A stretch of DNA of 64,000 bases from Candidatus Krumholzibacteriia bacterium. GTDB taxonomy: Bacteria > Krumholzibacteriota > Krumholzibacteriia > LZORAL124-64-63. The DNA lies in contig JBFXKG010000001.1 in the NCBI GenBank assembly GCA_050174015.1, positions 96,001 through 160,000 of the forward strand, in the 5' to 3' direction. Of the stretch, positions 59,454-64,000 are shown piece by piece. Each line of letters opens with the position of its first letter. Within the stretch, counting starts at the first letter, position 1. Below the pieces are notes generated by a model. That model saw nothing but the letters and a program-made list of their open reading frames with translations. It was not told the origin of the DNA and did no database searches. Position numbers and translations under genes: made by a program.

Positions 59454-59530
59454 CATTCATCAAGCTCAATGGCTGGAACACGAGGCCGGATCATCCGGAC
59501 TGTGCCGAATAGCAACCCAAGGAGAGCACC

Positions 59531-60127
59531 ATGAAGACACTGTTGACGATGGCCTTGCTGATCACCCTTGCCGCAGGCGGCGCATTCGCCGGGGAATGCG
59601 AAATTTCCGGAGTCATCACTTCCCAGCGGATCGACGATCCCCTGCTGCCGGCCTGGCAGTACACCCTGGTCCTGGACTGGGACACCGGCACCCCGTACGC
59701 CCTGAGCCACGCCAACCTGCTGATGGACATCCCCGGCGGGACCTGCACCTGCGACAACTTCGTGGAAGCCCTGACCTGGGCGAATCCCATGGGCAGCGGC
59801 CCCGGCGAGGACGGATGCACCGTGAACTACAACGCCTTCCTGGAATGCGACGGGGATCCCAGCATCCCCGATGTGGAGGGCATCCTGCTGAAGTTCGAAC
59901 CCGTCGAGGGCCAGGATTGCGAACCCGCGAACGTGGGGACCATGACCCTGGTCTTCTACAGCCACCTGCCCCCCGCCCCGGTGGACGAGGACCTGCTGTC
60001 CCTGGTGGACAAGTTCGGCCAGAACCATTGCTTCGGTTACCTGGCCGGGGACTTCCCCTCCATGCCCTGCGATCCGGTGGACGCCGCCGGGACCAGCTTC
60101 GGCACGGTCAAGGGATTCTTCCGCTAG
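59531..60127 (+). CDS. Secreted Cys-rich acidic protein with SFGTVKGFFR tail
   Basis: AAGGAG RBS, signal peptide; shares GDPSIPDV.GILLKFEP, CEP.NVGT and LSLVDKF with 58744. Confidence 0.85.
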   Translation: MKTLLTMALLITLAAGGAFAGECEISGVITSQRIDDPLLPAWQYTLVLDWDTGTPYALSHANLLMDIPGGTCTCDNFVEALTWANPMGSGPGEDGCTVNYNAFLECDGDPSIPDVEGILLKFEPVEGQDCEPANVGTMTLVFYSHLPPAPVDEDLLSLVDKFGQNHCFGYLAGDFPSMPCDPVDAAGTSFGTVKGFFR

Positions 60128-60265
60128 CCGGGAGCCCTCCCGCCTGGGATCCTGCGGCGCGCCGACCCCACCCGGGTCGGCGCGCCGTTTCATGAGGGGT
60201 GGCCGGGCCCCGGTCCGGCATCATCCCCCTTGGCGGCCGCAGGGGCGCCGCTTATCCTTTGCGTC

Positions 60266-61195
60266 ATGAACGCCCAACGCCGCCGCGCCCACCTCGTCCT
60301 GTTGCTCGCCGCCGCCATCTGGGGCTTCGCCTTCGTCGCCCAGAGGGTCGGCATGCGCCATCTCGGCCCCCTGACCTTCAACGCCATCCGCTTCGCCCTG
60401 GGGGCCGCGGCGCTGGTCCCCCTGGCCCTGCTCCTGAAGCGGAGGGGGCGTGCGGCGCCCCCGCCGGACGGGACCCGTGCGGGACGGCTGGAGACATTCA
60501 AGGGTGGGCTGCTGGCCGGGCTGCTCATCTTCGGCGGATCGACGCTCCAGCAGGTCGGGGTCGTCTACACCACGGCGGGCAAGGCCGGCTTCATCACCAG
60601 CCTCTACGTGGTCCTCGTCCCGATCCTCGGCCTGGTCTGGGGCCAGCGGTGCGGCAGGGCGGTCTGGGCCGGCGCCCTCCTGGCCGCGGCCGGCCTGTAC
60701 CTGCTGAGCGCCAGGGGCCTGGTGGGGATCGCCCTGGGGGACGGGCTCGTCCTGGTGGGGGCGGTGTTCTGGGCGGCCCACGTCATCCTGGTCGGGAAGC
60801 TGGTGGAGCGGATCGGGGTCCTCGACATCGCCCTGCTGCAGTTCACCGCCTGCTCGGTCCTGAGCCTGGTCGGGGCCCTGATGTTCGAAACCATGGGGTG
60901 GAGTGCCATCCGGTCCGCCGCGGTTCCCATCCTCTATGCGGGCCTGATGTCGGTCGCCGTGGCCTACACGCTGCAGGTGGTCGGCCAGAGGCACGCCCGC
61001 CCGGCTCCGGCCGCCATCATCCTCAGCTTCGAGGCCGTTTTCGCCGCGGTCGGGGGCTGGCTGATCCTGGGGGAGAACCTTGGCCTCCGCGGTCTGGCGG
61101 GGGCGGGATTGATGCTGGCCGGAGTGATCCTGGCGCAGACCGAGGCCGAAACGATCGTTCCGGTTGTCGGGGAAGGAAAAAGCGAGCTGGCTTGA
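60266..61195 (+). CDS. DMT/EamA family transporter
   Basis: AAAIWGFAFVAQR, RFALG, GKAGFITSLYVVLVP, AYTLQVVGQR, EAVFA; ~10 TM. Confidence 0.92.
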   Translation: MNAQRRRAHLVLLLAAAIWGFAFVAQRVGMRHLGPLTFNAIRFALGAAALVPLALLLKRRGRAAPPPDGTRAGRLETFKGGLLAGLLIFGGSTLQQVGVVYTTAGKAGFITSLYVVLVPILGLVWGQRCGRAVWAGALLAAAGLYLLSARGLVGIALGDGLVLVGAVFWAAHVILVGKLVERIGVLDIALLQFTACSVLSLVGALMFETMGWSAIRSAAVPILYAGLMSVAVAYTLQVVGQRHARPAPAAIILSFEAVFAAVGGWLILGENLGLRGLAGAGLMLAGVILAQTEAETIVPVVGEGKSELA

Positions 61196-61272
61196 CCCCA
61201 TTTCGAAGCTTGTGATATGATTATGTCAGTCACCCGGAATCGACCCGGCATCTTTCCTCTCGCCCAGGAGCC

Positions 61273-63726
61273 ATGCTGCAATTAGCTGCTTCGCCCCGGC
61301 CTCTGTTCGCGGCCCTGGGACTTCTGTTTTTTTACCTTTCATGCCTTGTCACCCCTGCCACGGCGAGGCGGCTCGAACTCGATCCCGCCAGGGCTCCCTA
61401 CGAGTTCCGGGTCTTCCACCACGCCCCGGTGGCCGAGGGATCGGGCCGGAACCTCGCCGACCTGATGGCCGACATCGACGGGGACGGCATCGACGAGCTG
61501 GTAACCTGCGATACCGACCACATCCTGGGTTTCGAACTTGAGGACGGCTACCTCAAGCCGGTCTGGCAGGTCAATTTCGAACCCGGCTGGGTCCTGCGGG
61601 ACTCGTCGTCCCTGCTCGGGGTCGCCAGGGACATCGATGGCGACGGGGTCGAGGAGATCTTCCTGACGATCTGCACGCCCGGCGGGATCGATTGGCGATT
61701 CCTGGTGATCGACGGCCTCGAGGGGAAGATCGTGTCCGGAGGGGATCTGCCCAAGGGCCCCGACCGGCGCCAGGACGGGGTGTGGGACGGCCGGTACCTG
61801 GCCATGGGTGTCCTGGGGGAGGATGAGGGGCTGGGGCGGGAGGCCCTGATCCTGGCCAGGATGGTCGGGTACGACGCCTATCCCCGGGGCTTGTTGGCGG
61901 TCGATCCCCGGACGGGCGAATCGATCTGGGAATTCCTCTGTGGCCCCAACGTGAATCCCGAATCGTACCATCAGGCCGATCTGGACGGTGACGGACAGCA
62001 GGAGATCATCTTCTACGGGCATCCGCCGGACAATCTGGGCGGGGAGCGGATCAACGGGACCAGCGACGACCACGCGTACCTTTTCGTCCTGAACACCGGC
62101 GGGCAGCTGCTGTGGAGGAAGGAAATCGGTCCGGCCTTCTATTCCGGGGACGTGGACCTGGGAGACGTCGACGGCGACGGCACCCTGGAGATCCTCACCT
62201 CCAACCTGAGCGGCGCCCCCGGGGCCGGGGACAAGCTGACCATCTGGGACTGGCCCTCGCGCGAGGTCCTGGCCCAGCGGCGGGGCCACTCCTGGTACTT
62301 CGGGGTGGAGGTCGTGCCCGGCCCCCGCCCCGGCACCTCCTGGCTGTTCGTGGGGTCGAATAACGGGACCATCGACCGGCTGCTCTACGAGGACGGCACC
62401 CTGGTCCGGGACGCCGAGGCCCTGTCGGACGAGCCGAGGTGCGAGGTGCTGGGCCTGATGGACCTGCTGCCGGAGCCGGGCCCCGAGCTGATCGTGGACC
62501 ACGACACCGGCAGCAACCTCCTGGTCCTCGACACGGATCTGAACACCTTGGCCGTGTATCCCGATCCCAGCCGTATGCCCAGGGAATTCGTCTTCCTCTG
62601 GGATTCGGGAACGGGCGAAAAGGTCCTGGTCGGCAATCAGACCAGATCCCAGTGGATGTTCAAGCTGACGAAGAGACCCATGGCCTGGGGTCGGATCCTC
62701 CTGCGGGCCGGGATGGGCCTGGGCCTGGCCGCGGCGCTGATGGGCGTGTTCTTCTGGGGGCGCCGTCTGGGACGGGCGGCGGCGGCGCGGGATGCGGAGG
62801 TCCGGACGCCCCAGACGACCGTGGATCGCGAGGTCCTGTTCCGCGTGTGGCAGGAACTGGACGACGTCAAGCACGAGCGCCTGATGGAGGCCAGCAAGGG
62901 GCTGCGCCGCCTGGTCTGGCTGATGGAAGCCTATGCCACCGAACTGGGCGAGGGGAGCGACCTGCGCACGAGGATCCACGCTCTCATGCGGGAGTTCCAC
63001 GAGGCCGACCTGCCGCGGCTGCAGAACATCCTGCGCCGGGCCGAGGGAGAAACCTTCGCGCCGGATCTGGTCTTCACGGCCCGGCGCTCCCTGGCCTCGC
63101 TGGTGGGAAAGCTGAACGACCTGGACGGGTCCGACCTGACGGTGGCCCGGATCGCCGCCTACCAGCCGGATCTGGCCCGGGACGTGGAGCAGATCGAGGA
63201 AGGGTTCCTGGGTCTGTGGACCGCCCTGCGGGACTATTTCGCCTGCGATCCGGTCCGCATGCTCCAGGGCATGCTTGTGGTGGGTGAGGTCGAATTGAAA
63301 CGGGCGGGCATCCGGGTCGAGGTGCAGCCGCCGGAGCCGGGTGTGGACCTGCGCTGCCTCATCGACACCGCGGAATTGCGCCACATCCTGGTCAACCTCC
63401 TGGACAACGCCATCAGGGCCCTGCGTGACGGCAAGCGGCGGGTGATCGCCGTTGTCTTCCGGAGATCGGGCCAGGAGATCAGCCTGGAATTCTCCGACAC
63501 GGGGGCGGGCATCGATCCGGCGCAGCACGAACGGGTCTTCAGCGGGCGGTTCAGCAGCAGGCCGGGCGGGGGGCAGGGCCTCTTCCGTTCCCGGGAGATC
63601 CTCCACCGCTGGCGCGGGGAGATCGAGCTGACCCGGTCGGCTCCTGGTCAGGGGACGACCTTCACTGTCAAACTTCGGGCCGCCTACAAGGCCGGGAAAT
63701 CCGCCGCCCTGGAAGCCGAGGCCTGA
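61273..63726 (+). CDS. Membrane sensor histidine-kinase-like protein with extracytoplasmic FG-GAP/beta-propeller domain
   Basis: Four DxDGDG repeats, TM, N-box VNLLDNA, G1 DTGAGI, G2 GGGQGL. Confidence 0.82.
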   Translation: MLQLAASPRPLFAALGLLFFYLSCLVTPATARRLELDPARAPYEFRVFHHAPVAEGSGRNLADLMADIDGDGIDELVTCDTDHILGFELEDGYLKPVWQVNFEPGWVLRDSSSLLGVARDIDGDGVEEIFLTICTPGGIDWRFLVIDGLEGKIVSGGDLPKGPDRRQDGVWDGRYLAMGVLGEDEGLGREALILARMVGYDAYPRGLLAVDPRTGESIWEFLCGPNVNPESYHQADLDGDGQQEIIFYGHPPDNLGGERINGTSDDHAYLFVLNTGGQLLWRKEIGPAFYSGDVDLGDVDGDGTLEILTSNLSGAPGAGDKLTIWDWPSREVLAQRRGHSWYFGVEVVPGPRPGTSWLFVGSNNGTIDRLLYEDGTLVRDAEALSDEPRCEVLGLMDLLPEPGPELIVDHDTGSNLLVLDTDLNTLAVYPDPSRMPREFVFLWDSGTGEKVLVGNQTRSQWMFKLTKRPMAWGRILLRAGMGLGLAAALMGVFFWGRRLGRAAAARDAEVRTPQTTVDREVLFRVWQELDDVKHERLMEASKGLRRLVWLMEAYATELGEGSDLRTRIHALMREFHEADLPRLQNILRRAEGETFAPDLVFTARRSLASLVGKLNDLDGSDLTVARIAAYQPDLARDVEQIEEGFLGLWTALRDYFACDPVRMLQGMLVVGEVELKRAGIRVEVQPPEPGVDLRCLIDTAELRHILVNLLDNAIRALRDGKRRVIAVVFRRSGQEISLEFSDTGAGIDPAQHERVFSGRFSSRPGGGQGLFRSREILHRWRGEIELTRSAPGQGTTFTVKLRAAYKAGKSAALEAEA

Positions 63727-64000
63727 TCACCGCCAGGCGCCGCGAAGCGGCAGGATTTTCCCTTCCAGGGCATCCGCCCCGGATATCCGGGAGTTTTCCG
63801 CACGAGTTCCCGTCCAGACCGTCCACTTCGAGGGCAGATCATTCCGACCGCGTGACCCTGAAGGAGGCCGTCCAGGGGGTACGCATCCTGCATCATGACG
63901 GATGAACCGGAACGACGCCGGACCCGTCCGGCCCCCCAACGCGAAGGAAGGACTGCGTGGTCATGGATGCCAACAAAGCGCGCGATCAGCATTTCCAGCG

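Overview
This is a GC-rich bacterial window. The many secreted proteins with C-terminal FlgD-Ig-like domains or short (W/F)GxxK tails suggest an FCB-related lineage such as Krumholzibacteriota/Latescibacterota (inference only). I found no rRNA, tRNA, CRISPR array or transposase. Contents in order: lamin-tail secreted protein (truncated); Ser/Thr kinase-TPR; an Omp28/thioredoxin-like FG-GAP protein that is probably a selenoprotein (in-frame TGA in a U-P-Y-C motif plus a SECIS-like hairpin, missed by the ORF track); a sugar-phosphate-utilisation-type microcompartment (BMC) operon with RpiB-DeoC fusion, aldehyde dehydrogenase, 1 BMC-H, 2 BMC-T, 3 BMC-P and an embedded signal-peptide gene; an exosortase H cassette with a divergent IPTL-CTERM-like substrate; a DUF438/DUF1858 pair; a cyanophycin-synthetase N-domain fused to a receiver domain; a sulfotransferase; hipBA coupled to a TSUP exporter; a frameshifted DUF3857/transglutaminase gene; PcfJ; DHH; DUF4932; a ~10-heme cytochrome c; a 3304-aa subtilase; a GC-mosaic beta-helix protein; two tandem pairs of WGxxK-tail proteins; an ECF sigma/anti-sigma pair; an N-glycan catabolic operon; an EamA transporter; and an FG-GAP sensor kinase. 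The strongest leads are the secreted UxxC selenoprotein, the CphA-N/receiver fusion, the variant BMC locus and the WGxxK tail. All family calls come from motif recognition by eye; no database searches were run.
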